Shown: positions 28,235 through 51,275 of the stretch, one piece after another
Numbering within the stretch: the first letter of the stretch is position 1
Layout: the number at the start of each line of letters is the position of its first letter
NCBI GenBank assembly: GCA_002269645.1
Contig: NIVC01003721.1
Coordinates: 1-64,000 of the forward strand
Origin: Macrostomum lignano
Lineage: Eukaryota
DNA: 64,000 nt
Direction: 5' to 3'
Notes under the pieces: generated by a model
What the model saw: only the letters and a program-made list of their open reading frames with translations
Told to the model about the DNA's origin: nothing
Database searches by the model: none
Program-made: the position numbers and the translations under genes

Positions 28235-28805
28235 CAGGGGCCAATTTCATAAAGAAGCTACAAATGACACGTGACAAGCGTCAACGATTTTGGTCTCATA
28301 AATATGGGATCTTTATACGAGTATTAACGGCGCCCTCTGAATTTCCCATTCTTAAAGCAGGGTATTACTATTATTGTGCCATAGACATTTGTGTCCTTGA
28401 CAAAGTGGGACAAAATTAGCGGGCAGTTAATGATATTAACTACCCGCTAATTTGCATTAGAGTAAGTTTGAAATAGGATTAATAGAAGTTAAATGAAATA
28501 CCGACCTCAAACCCATAGAATATCTTATACATATTAGGAAGGCAATACAAGCTACAAGTGTCCCAGCAGCGACTTGTCAAAGCACATGACAAGAGGAAGT
28601 ATTTTAACACAAAGGCGTCCATTTTAGTGCATGTCTATGGAACAAACCCCTGAAAAGCGCTTATAATTGGTTAAATTTAGCTTGCCACCTGTCACTTGTC
28701 GAAATGTCAAGTTGGACCCGTTTTTTTATGAAACGCATTATTTTGCAGAATTGTCACTTTTCACTTTTAATTTGTCCGACAAGTGCTTTATGAAATGGGC
28801 CCCTG
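28235..28805. mobile_element. MITE-like element with ~20-bp TIRs
   Basis: CAGGGGCCAATTTCATAAAG versus reverse complement of right end CAGGGGCCCATTTCATAAAG (1 mismatch); interior rich in GACAAG/CTTGTC motifs; no TSD found. Confidence 0.75.
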
Positions 28806-29547
28806 AAGTCTAATAAATAAATTGCTATAGAACTCCAGCATTCGAGTGCAAATTCATATGGACTTTATGAGATCATGTGATTCGGCAGTTGTACCAATAT
28901 ATCATTGCATTAATGTATCATAACGGAGAACAGTGATTGACAGTTGAGCAAGCCTTAGAGAGGGGATTAATGCTTCTCAGTGATGCATACATCTTTCGCA
29001 ATATCTGCAAGTTGCTGGTACACTATGTGCGCTGAATGGCGAAAAAAATTCAAAGAGCCATCATTGTCTGTCAAAATTTTGCTGCGAGCATTTTCTAAAT
29101 GAATTTATCGTTCCAATAGGTTGAATAGCTAGACTGTTGAAAATGTATTCAGCGACAGTGAATCTCTTCAATAGCTTCTCGGGCACCGAGTGGCACGCTA
29201 TTATGCACTGCATGCTTCTCGGCTAGAAGGCCTGAAGCCAGTACGAACCACGGTCCAATCAGGCGTCTCCCAGCCAATTCAGGCGCCCAAAATTCACTGT
29301 TACAAGTGGCCCAGCATCTCTGCTCCCGCTCACGCCCCCTGCGCCTGACTCTGTCACTGCTTGTCACTGCTCTCCAGACAAACTGTTGCTGACGGAATCT
29401 TGCCCTTCAAGTTCGGTACTTTCTGACAGCACGACGGTAAGTTTTGGCTTGATTTCATTCGAGTGACCTGATCATATTTCTTTGCGTCGGATCCATTCTT
29501 TCCGAAGTTAGAACTTGTGCTCTTATTGCACTGCCAGAAATGATAAG

Positions 29548-29902
29548 ATAGAATTGGTCTGACAGAATTGGTTTGACAGAATTGGTCTGACAGAATTGGT
29601 CTGACAGAATCAGTTTGACAAAACCGGTCTGGCAGAATTGGTCTGACAGAATTGGTCTGACAGAATTGGTCTGACAGAATTGGTCCGACAGAATTGGTCT
29701 GACAGAATTGGTCTGACAGAATTGGTCCGACAGAATTGGTCTGACAGAATTGGTCTGACAGAATTGGTCTGACAGAATTGGTCTGACAGAATTGGTCCGA
29801 CAGAATTGGTCTGACAGAGTTAGTCTGACAGAATCGGTCTGACAGAATCAGTTTGACAAAACCGGTCTGACAGAATCGGTCAGACAGAACCGGTCTGACA
29901 GA
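29548..29902. repeat. 14-bp minisatellite CTGACAGAATTGGT
   Basis: Tandem copies. Confidence 0.95.
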
Positions 29903-30719
29903 TTCGAACAAGCAGATGGACCGAATAAGATTCTACAGGCCAGAAACCACTCGCAGAGAAAATGGCCCAGTTTATGTTAGAAATAAAAGCATTTGTCAAT
30001 ATTTGATCCAATAACTCATAAAGCGGCTGCGAACTTGCCTGCTGCATTTGCAGAATTGAAAATGGCATTATTTGCGCATGCATGTACGAGCGTTGCAAAG
30101 ATTTAGCAATAAAAGCAGGAGTCCGATAGACTAAAATCGAATGCCATTGTAGCTGGATGGTGTTCTCATCTCAAACGCTATTTTACTCGTTAGGTGATAT
30201 CAGCTCAAGAGCCTTGATGCAGTGGATAAGCAAACAGAGCTGTGCCTGCCCCTGACATTCGCTTGCAATGAGGAGACGAAATTTAAAATCCCCTATGACC
30301 GGATCTAGCTTATTGCCGTCAAGGGCCGATCAAGATTTGTGATATGGCAGCAGAAATGATGGAGACTCAAGCATCTGTCCTTAACCGGGCAGGCAACCCT
30401 GCAGCAAAGAGATTGTCACTGCTTTCAAATCTACCGATGAGGGGTAGAAGCTATTGAGGTTGATGGAGCATGCTCGAACTGCAGCTAAAGTGAGCGGCCA
30501 GATGCACTTTAAGAGGCTGATCGATTCAGAAAAATGCCCATTATCCTTCAATATTTGCCTTCACCGAAATTCAATCAGTAACCGGGCGATCAGACGAGCT
30601 GCCCGGCCCCGATGCTCGGAGACTGAATCCAGTTTTTGGCTTGCAGAGCCGCAAAATGCAATTTGCTGCATTCAAATTTCTTTGCAGCCGAATGTCATTC
30701 TTGGGGTATTGAGTTATGA

Positions 30720-30915
30720 CAGGGGTCGCCAAACACATGCGGCCCGCGAAGCCTCTCTATCCGGCCCTCGGGTCCTTTGAAACTTCATAATAGCAATCCG
30801 GCCCGCTCAAGGCTTGTGTCCTCTTCTCAGCTCTCTTCTCTCCTCTCGCTTCTCTCGCCTTTCCTCTCTCATCTACCATTCTCTCTCCTTTCCACTCTCA
30901 TCTGGCCCGCACTGT
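30720..30915 (+). mobile_element. Possible hAT-type left-end remnant (CAGGGGTCGCCAAAC plus GGCCCGC repeats)
   Basis: Resembles common hAT MITE termini; no matching right end seen. Confidence 0.3.
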
Positions 30916-32726
30916 GAGCTTAGAAATTAAGAAATTAAGACATCTCTAAGCCTGTGATGTTAAGCCACCAAAGACTTAAATTGAAACTTCAAACCACCGC
31001 AGTTGCATTAAGCTTCTACCTATCGCCTCAGTACAGATCCTGAAATACTGACACTGAGAGCATTCACGGACACCCAAAATTTCCTTTCTCTTAATTTCTA
31101 GTCCCGCGCGGCAGCCCGCAAATCCGTTCATTATCTGTGAATGTTGTACGGCTGAGCACTGTTTGAGCTGCATGCAACACGGGTTTGTTGGCTGAAGAGT
31201 GGAATATCGTTAATGGCTCTGTTAGGCCTCTGCTGGGCCTGCTCTGCTCTCAGACTCTCCTCGCATGCCTAATGGCATTTCAGCCCTACATTGTACGGAA
31301 ATAACAATGCCAGCTCGTAGATCAACCCAACGCCTCGTCCTGTAGCTCTCAGGCATTTTATCAATAGAGAACAGGGCACACTTGGTGTAGGCAGGAAATT
31401 TATGGCTATAAGAAAGCCACACCTGGCCTCTAACGTGCCCCTTCCAGAAACTTAAGCACCCATTAGCCATTGTTAATTTGGCAATAATGGGACACCTATT
31501 CTTTATAGATGAAGCCGATTAAGTCAATATCGCCACCAGTCAATGTCCGAAAGAATTCCTGTCACGTTGAAAGCATTTGCATGGCAAAATGACTTTTTTT
31601 CTGATCGAGCAAGGAAAACCCGCGCGAACAGATGAGCGGCGGCAACTCAGGCTCTTCGTCAGCTCTTGCTGCACACTTGAGTCTAAAAATTTCACTTCCA
31701 TAGCCAGGCCTGTGGCGGCATGCCAAGGCGCTGAGAGCATCGATTTTTTGTCTCTTTCACCTTTCCCCTCTCATTTCTGCCAACAATTTTGAGGGGACGA
31801 ACTCCCTGACTGAAACAATGAGGCTGCCATCTGTTTGTTAGGTGGCAGATGGGGCGGGAGAAGCTGCACTGTAGCCCTCCCCCAAATCTTCTCAAACAGT
31901 CCCGAGCGTTTCCTTTCTCCGCCTCGCATGCAAACAGGGACAGCCGCAGTGAAAGTTTCTCCCAGCCTCCTTGGGCTTCATCTCGGGGCCTAGTGAGGAT
32001 ACTCAGACTCCGCCTCGGCAGCAGCAGGAAGGAAACGCAAAGAGGCTGCAGAAGACAGAGCGAAGTAGGCGTGGAAACTAACTAAGAAAACATTTCTGCT
32101 TAACGTCTCGGCTTGGTTTTGCTCCTACTCGAGTCTTACATGGCCGAATTAAGATTCAAAACAGGCAGTGATCGCTTAGAGAGACCTCAGCAGAGCACTG
32201 CGAACTCTGCTTGCCAATGATCTGTATAGCCAAGTGACTGCTTGATTAGTGCCCTGGGTTCATCCGGGATCTCTTCTGCATTGCCACCTCCTTACCTCTT
32301 GCAGAAGGCAGCAACAGCTGGTAGGGGACCCGCGGCAGAAGGCATGCAGCATGAAAATCAACGGGTTAGCAGTTTGAGGGGCCACTCGTAGCGGCCTTAG
32401 ACGGAATGTGTTAAGTCCATGCCAGGCGCCTAAATTACTAGGTAGGCGGGGCGAGTCTGGGGCGCACTGAACTGGCAATAGTAGCAATGGTGATGAAGAC
32501 TGCCGCGGAGACTGCGAGCGCAAACGCATAAATCAGATCACTGCTTTTCGTCGCACGTTCTTCCCAATCATATTTTCTAGCCTTGGCACTTCTTCCTCTT
32601 CAGTTTGAGGACTCGTCGCCGGTTGCTCCATCAGGTTCCTCGCAGCCTCCGCAAGTTCATCTCAAGGGAGTTTGCTCTTCCACCCCAGCCTTCTGAAGTG
32701 CTCCCCGAACTGCGAAACCGGCGGCG

Positions 32727-42527
<9,801 letters not shown>

Positions 42528-42541
<14 letters not shown>

Positions 42542-42751
42542 GCGGCGAGTTCTGAGCAGGGAGTTCTGAGCAGGGAGTTCTGAGCGGGGAGTTCTGAGCG
42601 GGGAGTTCTGAGCGGCGAGTTCTGAGCGGGGAGTTCTGAGCGGCGAGTTCTGAGCGGCGAGTTCTGAGCGGCGAGTTCTGAGCGGCGAGTTCTGAGCGGC
42701 GAGTTCTGAGCGGCGAGTTCTGAGCGGCGAGTTCTGAGCGGCGAGTTCTGA
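42528..42751. repeat. 14-bp minisatellite GCGGCGAGTTCTGA overlapping the P2X stop codon
   Basis: The first unit encodes G-E-F-stop. Confidence 0.95.
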
Positions 42752-43919
42752 GCTGGGACAGCTCGAGTGCATGTAGAGAGAGGGCCGCGAAATCATGCAA
42801 AATTTCACTTGAAGGCTGGTTTTCGCTGCAGAAAAACAAAAGTTTTCAGCTTTATCAGCACAAATCATTATCCATACTTCACTTTCCGAACTGCCGCATT
42901 GCAAATGAAGCAATTTAAAGTTTTTTGTCAAGCCTTTCGAAATTTCAAGATTTGCAGCGAGTCCTGCATGTCCGAGACAGCCTACTGACCGAAGAGGCCA
43001 GTAGTAGGCTCGTAGGCGTGGAGTGTTAAAACCAGAATCACGTGATTTCGGCTTAGCTAGTAGAATTAAAGGACACGGATATACTAAATTTCGATTTCGT
43101 ATCATCTATAAAATCTTATTTTCGTCGCAGCTAAAGGCCCAAAGATTTGTGTTTGTCTGGCATGTCACGCCGAAGATGTGTTTTGTGTGCCCCCATATTA
43201 AATTGAATTGTAATTTCTATGAAGTAAGATTCTTTGACTTTGTCAGAAACTCTTTCTGATATAAACAGTTGAGTTGGATCATTTTTATCGTGTTCTTATC
43301 GTGTAGAAAACACTACTAATTGTCAGTAGTCTATGCCTATTGTAAAACTGTTATAATTATTCTGTCAACTGCACTGCCCAATCGGCTATTGTTGTTTCAA
43401 TGTATTACAAAAGCGTTTAGCCATTCATCCCAACTTCTGTTCCCACATTGTCACTACAAAAATTCTTGATTACTGTATATTATTTCTTTGATTTTGAGAT
43501 TAATAAGTCATTTTCATCGCACTATAAATTGCCGCATCCATTGCATTCATCTACACATTGAAATAAAGATTTTAGTTAAAAAGTTTTCCATTGTTTTCAT
43601 GTTTGAGTAACAGGTAGTGACATGCTGGATTGAGTGACATGTTGCATTGAGTGACAGGTTTTGTTGACTGATAGGTAGCACTGAATCACAGGTATCAATA
43701 AAGACTTCCACCAATGACCAACAACACTTCGAGTTAAAGTGCAATAAGCAGACTGAAGTTGCTAGAATTTTCACTGGTAAAAACGATGCTAGACTACTCA
43801 ACAACAGACATGTTTTCATGCGGGTGGCACTGCTATAAAAAGTTATTTTGAATGAAATATGTGACAAAAAAACAGAAAATTATAAAAATACAAAACACAA
43901 GTTAAGGGTGGACCCACCC

Positions 43920-44184
43920 TGATCCCACTGCTTACACCAGTGATCCCACTGCTCACATCTTTGATCCCACTGCTCACATCTTTGATCCCACTGCTCACAT
44001 CTGTGATCCCACTGCTCACATCTGTGATCCAACTGCTCACACCTGTGATCCCACTGCTCACATCTCTGATCCCACTGCTCACATCTCTGATCCCACTGCT
44101 CACATCTCTGATCCCACTGCTCACATCTCTGATCCCACTGCTCACATCTCTGATCCCACTGCTCACATCTCTGATCCCACTGCT
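43920..44184. repeat. 21-bp minisatellite GATCCCACTGCTCACATCTCT (3' of the GPCR)
   Basis: Same unit as 47050-47436. Confidence 0.95.
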
Positions 44185-44219
44185 CGGCTCTCCACGCTCC
44201 TAAGCTAGTTCAAAGGCAA

Positions 44220-47008
44220 TCAGCGACTGAGGCAGCCTCCATCCCCGCCTCCTTGGCGCAAGTCACCGGTGGCCCCGGCAGTTGCCACCAGTCCTGAGCC
44301 GACCAGCGGCAGCGAGACGCCGCCAGCGCAGTCCCCACCGCATTCGATTCGCCCAACTCCACCGCCTGCATCGCCTCCAGGAGGTCGGCAGCGGCAGATC
44401 AGCCGGCGCAGGTCGTCGCGAAATCTCGCCGACGACGCTGAGTAGACGAAGAAGTTCATCAGCGAATCGGTGACGGACAGCACGTTGGTGACGATGTCCG
44501 GGTGGAACGGCAGCCACTTCAGCAGCTCCGGCCAGAGCCCCAGCGCCGTTGTGGACACGAAGGTTGGAAACTCGAGCACGCAGAAGACGGCCGCCAGGCT
44601 GAGGACCATCCAGCTGGCTCGCTGGGAGGCCGCCTGACTTGACAGCCGCCTGTGCTGACACTTGGCGAGGCTGCGGCGGCTGCGGCGCAGCTGATGCCAC
44701 ATCACCGCGGTGGGCACCGGGATTAGCAGGGTCGGCACCAGAGACTGCGAGTTTCAGGGATTTATTGGGCTTTAGGCTTTGCCAGCAGCTCATCATTCTC
44801 ATCATTTTTGGCTTTGTGGCAACTGATGGGATCAGTGATGAGCAGAGATTGGCAGCGGCGGGATCGGATGCCCAGTGCGGTTGGATCAGAGATGGGATTT
44901 GAGAGTGGTGGGATCAGAGCTGGGATTTGAGAGTTGCGGTGGGATCAGAGATGGAATTTGAGAGTGGTGGGATCAGACATGGGATTTGAGAGTTGCGGTG
45001 GGATCAGAGATGGGATTTGAGAGTGGTGGGATCAGAGATGGGATTTGAGAGTGGTGGGATCAGACATGGGATTTGAGAGTGGTGGGATCAGACATGGGAT
45101 TTGAGAGTGGTTGGGATCAGAGATGGGATTTGAGAGTGGTGGGATCAGACATGGGATTTGAGAGTGGTGGGATCAGAGATAAGATTTGAGAGTGGTGGGA
45201 TCAGAGATGGGATTTGAGAGTTGCGGTGGGATCAGAGATGGGATTTGAGAGTGATCGGATCAGAGATGGGATTTGAGAGATGATGGATCAGAGATGGGAT
45301 TTGAGAGATGATGGATCAGAGATGGGATTTGAGAGTGATGGGATCAGAGATGGTGGGGTCAGAGATGGTGGGATCAGAGATGGTGAGATCAGAGATGGTG
45401 GGATCAGAGATGGTGGGATCAGAGATGGTGAGATCAGAGATGGTGGGATCAGAGATAGTGGGATCAGAGATGGTGGGATCAGAGATGGTGAGATCAGAGA
45501 TGGTGGGATCAGAGATGGTGGGATCAGAGATGGTGGGATCAAAGATGGTGGGATCAGAGATGGCGGGATCAGAGATTGTGGGATCAGTGATGGTGGGAGC
45601 AGAGATGGTGAGATCAGAGATGGTGGGATCAGAGATGGTGAGATCAGAGATGGTGGGATCAGAGATGGTGGGATCAGAGATGGTGGGATCAGAGATTGTG
45701 GGATCAGAGATGGTGGGAGCAGAGATGGTGGGATCAAAGATGGTGGAATCAGAGATGGTGGGATCAAAGATGGTGGGGTCAGAGATGGTGGGATCAAAGA
45801 TGGTGGAATCAGAGATAGTGGGATCAGAGATGGTGAGATCAGAGATGGTGGGGTCAGAGATGGTGGGATCAAAGATGGTGGAATCAGAGATAGTGGGATC
45901 AGAGATGGTGGGGTCAGAGATGGTGGGATCAGAGATGGTGAGATCAGAGATGGTGGGATCAGAGATGGTGAGATCAGAGATGGTGGGATCAGAGATAGTG
46001 GGATCAGAGATGGTGGGATCAGAGATGGTGAGATCAGAGATGGTGGGATCAGAGATGGTGGGATCAGAGATGGTGGGATCAAAGATGGTGGGATCAGAGA
46101 TGGCGGGATCAGAGATTGTGGGATCAGTGATGGTGGGAGCAGAGATGGTGAGATCAGAGATTGTGGGATCAGAGATGGTGGGATCAGAGATGGTGAGATC
46201 AGAGATGGTGGGATCAGAGATGGTGGGATCAGAGATGGTGGGATCAGAGATTGTGGGATCAGAGATGGTGGGAGCAGAGATGGTGGGATCAAAGATGGTG
46301 GGATTAGAGATGGTGGGATCAGAGATTGTGGGATCAAATATGGGATAGGGAAGATTTCACGAGAAGATTCAGAGGATTCGAACTGGGACTCGCCTGGAAG
46401 GCGTACACAGCCCAAGTCAGGGCCTGGTTTCGCAGCAGCGGCCGGGCCACTATGCTGCCTGGCTCCAGGTTGGTGCACAGGACGCCGGCCTCAGCGAGGT
46501 TGGCCACCGCAGCCAGGCCGATCGCTAGCGCCAGCGCCACGCCGAAGGCGGCGGCCAGGCGGCTCCGGTTGAACAGCAGGCAGCGTCTGACAGCCAGCGG
46601 CCGGGCAACCGCCTCGCAGCGGGCGGAGCAGATCAGCAGCACCGTCCAGTTGCGGGCCGACACCAGCGCGTTGATGGCAACGTGGACGCAGCTGGTGATG
46701 GCGAAGCTGGCGACGGTGTGCCAGTGCTCGAGGCCGGTGCGCACGATGGCGGCCTCGGCCAGCAGGGCGCACTGCAGGCACACCTCGGTGCAGGAGATGT
46801 ACAGCAGCGACAGGCGAACTGCGCGATTGTCGAAGCGCTGTCTGACGAAGATGTACAGCGCCAGGGAGTTGGCGACCAGTGCAGTCGCGGCGATGGGCGC
46901 TATGACCAGGCAGGTGGCCCGCTCAGTGTCCAGGTAGTCATGCTCGTGCTCGTCCAGCGTCCGGTTCAGCTCGGACTGGTTGCAGCGGTCGCGGAAATAA
47001 TACAGCAT
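44220..47008 (-). CDS. Orphan rhodopsin-family 7TM GPCR resembling the flatworm PROF1/Rho-L group, 379 aa. Exons: 47008-46394 and 44744-44220, GC-AG intron
   Basis: N-terminal NQS/NRT glycosylation sites; TM1 ALVANSLALYIF; TM3 SARNWTVLLICSARCEAVARP; TM5 YAFQ|SLVPTLLIP; TM6 VLSLAAVFCVLEFPTF; TM7 VTDSLMNFFVY; in-frame phase-0 junction CAG|GCGAGT...CGCAG|TCT. Confidence 0.85.
44860..46340. repeat. Intronic compound minisatellite: ~28-bp ATGGGATTTGAGAGTGGTGGGATCAGAG units, then 15-bp AGAGATGGTGGGATC units
   Basis: Fills most of the GPCR intron. Confidence 0.95.
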
Positions 47009-47049
47009 GCCGAGCTGCTGGGGACGGTGCGTTGAGGACTTCTGCAGTG

Positions 47050-47436
47050 ATCCGATCCCACTGCTCACATCTCTGATCCCACTGCTCACATCTCTGATCC
47101 CACTGCTCACATCTCTGATCCCACTGCTCACATCTCTGATTCCACTGCTCACATCTCTGATCCCACTGCTCACATCTCTGATCCCACTGCTCACATCTCT
47201 GATCCCACTGCTCACATCTCTGATCCCACTGCACACATCTCTGATCCCACTGCACACATCTCTGATCCCACTGCACACATCTCTGATCCCACTGCTTACA
47301 CCAGTGATCCAACTGCTCAAATCTCTGATCCCACTGCTTACACCTGTGATCCCACTGCTCACATCTCTGATCCCACTGCTCATATCTCTGATCCCACTGC
47401 TCATATCTCTGATCCCACTGCTTATATCTCTGATCC
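47050..47436. repeat. 21-bp minisatellite GATCCCACTGCTCACATCTCT (5' of the GPCR coding exon)
   Basis: Ends a few bases from the acceptor at 47042-47043. Confidence 0.95.
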
Positions 47437-48329
47437 TTATTAATGTTGAGATACGAGCGAAAAATATCATTTTCCATGCTTTCAATTTAACAACGCAACA
47501 AGCTGCAGTTCAGAAAATTTGTTTGTATTTCCAAATCTCCTTCGATCTCTTTCTACGAGATGGAATCAAAAGCTCCAGATGATGACCAGCGAAAACTGGA
47601 TTGATGAAGAAGCAGCAAGGACTTGTGAATCATTCAGAATTGTTTTGATCTTCTTTCAGAAAGCTTCACTCTTATCGAATTCATTGTATTCCTGCTTTCA
47701 GTGCGTTCAGTTCGAGCTCATATGAGCCGCAATCTCTCTCCTCTCTGTGTCAGCCGTATCTTTCAGGCACTTACAACTTACAACTACATGAATATGATTG
47801 ATTGAGCAGTTCTCCTTCCTAGTAATTCCTTGTCTATCTCTTATCCTTTGTCGGAAACACTTGAAGCCGACTGTGCCACCCGGGCATGCAAAACACGCGC
47901 ACTTATCACAGGTAGCAGCCGTACCTGTACCACTATTGCACTGGCAGCAGATCTGGAAGCGCGGGCTCTCGGTTCCTGTTGAATTTATGACCCGGTACGC
48001 TCCGCGGGGTGGATCGGGGGAAGCGATATAAAACTCCGGGAGAATGGGGAACCAAACAAGGCAAAGCGCACCGGTGCAGCGGATAGATGGGATGCAGCGG
48101 CCTAAGCGTGACGCTCCAGCTTAAAGTCCCGGTTTATCGGGCATCAACAGCGGGTCACGCCGGTGTCAAGTCATAGAAATGCGCCGCCATTCGGTAGAAT
48201 AATGAAAACAAAACATTGCCGAAAGCAGACAGCCGACAGATCATAAAAAGTACAACGCCTACAATAAGCTTGGAACTCTCGCTAGACCTTGCTGGAAACT
48301 TTGCTTTTATTTTTTCCTTTTGCTGGGGT

Positions 48330-49005
48330 CAGAGAGATTAGAGAGAAATCAGAGACAGATAGAGATCAGAGACCAGATAGATCAGAGACCAGACAAAGAT
48401 CAGGGAGAGATCAGAGACAGATAGAGATCAGAGACCAGACAAAGATCAGGGAGAGATCATGCAGAGACAGATAGAGATCAGAGACCAGATAGAGATCAGA
48501 GACCAGACAAAGATCAGAGAGATCAGAGAGATCCGAGACCAGATAGATCAGAGACCAGACAAAGATCAGGGAGAGATCAGAGACAGATAAAAATCAGAGA
48601 CCAGACAAAGATCAGAGAGAGACCAGACAAAGATCAGAGAGAGATCAGAGACAGATAGAGATCAGAGACCAGATAGAGATCAGACAAAGATCAGGGAGAG
48701 ATCAGAGACAGATAGAGATCAGAGACCAGATAGAGATCAGAGACCAGACAAAGATCAGCGAGAGATCAGAGACAGATAGAGATCAGAGACCAGATAGAGA
48801 TCAGAGACCAGACAAAGATCAGAGAGATCAGAGAGATCCGAGACCAGATAGATCAGAGACCAGACAAAGATCAGAAGAGATCCGAGACCAGATAGATCAG
48901 AGACCAGACAAAGATCAGAGAGAGATCCGAGACCAGATAGATCAGAGACCAGACAAAGATCAGAGAGAGATCCGAGAGATATAGATATCAGAGAAGTATC
49001 AGAGA
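48330..49005. repeat. Irregular AGAGATCAGAGACCAGAC-type minisatellite
   Basis: Degenerate tandem repetition. Confidence 0.9.
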
Positions 49006-49469
49006 AACCAAAGAAGAATCGAAGGAAATCAATGGCTGAGAAGGAAAAGCAGGGGCAGTGGAGCCTGCAATGCTTTAGATGGCCACCAGTTAGAAGGGAA
49101 ACAAGGCTCGAGGCCAAAAAAGTGAGCCAACAGCAACGATGCGTCAAGAATACGACTAAAAGAGAGAGAGGGAGCAAACCCTGCATGGATAGCGGATCTG
49201 TGAAGGTGAAACCGTAGGTGATGTAGCAGCGATCGGCGATGGCTAGAAAATGAGAGAAAGAGACAGATGGGGCCTCAGGAGTGCGCTCCAGTGGTTCCGC
49301 TTTAGTTGCCGGGTAACTTCCAGCCTATGTGGTTCTTCCAGTTGAAGATTTGAAAAAAGCGTTTGACAGAAATGCAGGGCCTGTCAGACAGCGGATTAAG
49401 GGTTGAGAGCAGCTGACGTATGATGGCGTTGCTGCTGCTGCGGTTTCAAGCCCAGGAAACTGCACCCAA

Positions 49470-49900
49470 CTGACTGACTGACTGACTGACTGACTGACTG
49501 ACTGACTGACTGACTGACTGACTGACTGACTGACTGACTGACTGACTGACTGACTGACTGACTGACTGACTGACTGACTGACTGACTGACTGACTGACTG
49601 ACTGACTGACTGACTGACTGACTGACTGACTGACTGACTGACTGACTGACTGACTGACTGACTGACTGACTGACTGACTGACTGACTGACTGACTGACTG
49701 ACTGACTGACTGACTGACTGACTGACTGACTGACTGACTGACTGACTGACTGACTGACTGACTGACTGACTGACTGACTGACTGACTGACTGACTGACTG
49801 ACTGACTGACTGACTGACTGACTGACTGACTGACTGACTGCCTGACTGACTGACTGACTGACTGACTGACTGACTGACTGACTGACTGACTGACTGACTG
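49470..49900. repeat. (TGAC)n microsatellite
   Basis: Direct observation. Confidence 0.98.
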
Positions 49901-50629
49901 GATAATATTGTCTCACCTGTTGATTTTAGCAAAAAGGCGATTGTCTCGTCCTTCGTTGAAAGTTGTGCGCGAGTACAAAGCTCTAGATATATTTGTATGA
50001 TAAAACAGAGAGTGCCCTTTTATAGACACTGTTTGTGCGCCAGGGGAGACCTTGTTATACGGCGGAAAACGACCAGTGCGGCACGTATCGTCCTCATTTC
50101 GCGGGTAGTCGCTGGGTGATAAAAATCCAGCCAATGGGATTCCGAGGCAAAGTTGCAGGGGCATCAAGGCAAGCAAGTCCTAAACTGATTCGGAACGGTT
50201 ATTTAGTTAGTTAGTTAGTTGCTAATTCATTCCGGCTTTTCTACTATAAGTAGAATAATGGGGTTAGTTAAGCATTTCTACTGTATTTATTATATCGAAT
50301 GTTCTGCCAATATATTTGAAAGATAATTTCGCTACATTCAAGCAACACCTGCGGGATTTTGCTTATTGAAAATTGGGAAAATTCTCAATTGAAAATGTTC
50401 TGGAAAAGTAGACAAGGAAGGTATGCAATGAAAAATGAAATTCGCTGCTTCGTTAATTATGCGAAGTGAAATTTTTTTACTGTCGTCAAACCTCTGTATT
50501 AGCAAGCGCTACAATTTGCTACATATGATTGAAAATTATTTTCTAGATGCAACATAGCCCTCGCTGTGAGCAAATTAATTGCTGATGCACCTACCGAACT
50601 ATGTAGTATTTGAGTCTGAAAGCCTGTAG

Positions 50630-51275
50630 CAGGGGAGACAGTTGCACATTCACTAGAGGCAGTTGCACATTCACTGGAGGTAGTTGCAAATTCACTAGAG
50701 GCAGTTGCAAATTCACTGGAGGCAGTTGCAAATTCACTGGAGGCAGTTGCACATCTACTAGAGGCAGTTGCAAATTCACGAGGCAGTTGCACATCTACTA
50801 GAGGCAGTTGCAAATTCACGAGGCAGTTGCACATCTACTAGAGGCAGTTGCAAATTCACGAGGCAGTTGCACATCTACTAGAGGCAGTTGCAAATTCACT
50901 GGAGGCAGTTGCACATCTACTAGAGGCAGTTGCAAATTCACTGGAGGCAGTTGCACATTCACTAGAGGCAGTTGCACATTCACTGGAGGCAGTTGCAAAT
51001 TCACTGGAGGCAGTTGCACATCTACTAGAGGCAGTTGCAAATTCACGAGGCAGTTGCACATCTACTAGAGGCAGTTGCAAATTCACGAGGCAGTTGCACA
51101 TCTACTAGAGACAGTTGCAAATTCACTGGAGGCAGTTGCACATCTACTAGAGGCAGTTGCAAATTCACTGGAGGCAGTTGCACATTCACTAGAGGCAGTT
51201 GCACATTCACTGGAGGCAGTTGCACATTCACTGGAGGCAGTTGCACATTCACTGGAGGCAGTTGCACATTCACTG
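50630..51275. repeat. ~21-bp minisatellite TGGAGGCAGTTGCAAATTCAC and variants
   Basis: Tandem copies. Confidence 0.95.

Noticed and set aside
45280-46572. Long ORFs (DGGIR)n, (IPPSL)n and (MVGSE)n in the GPCR intron
   Set aside because: They are open only because the 15-bp unit lacks stops; intronic satellite
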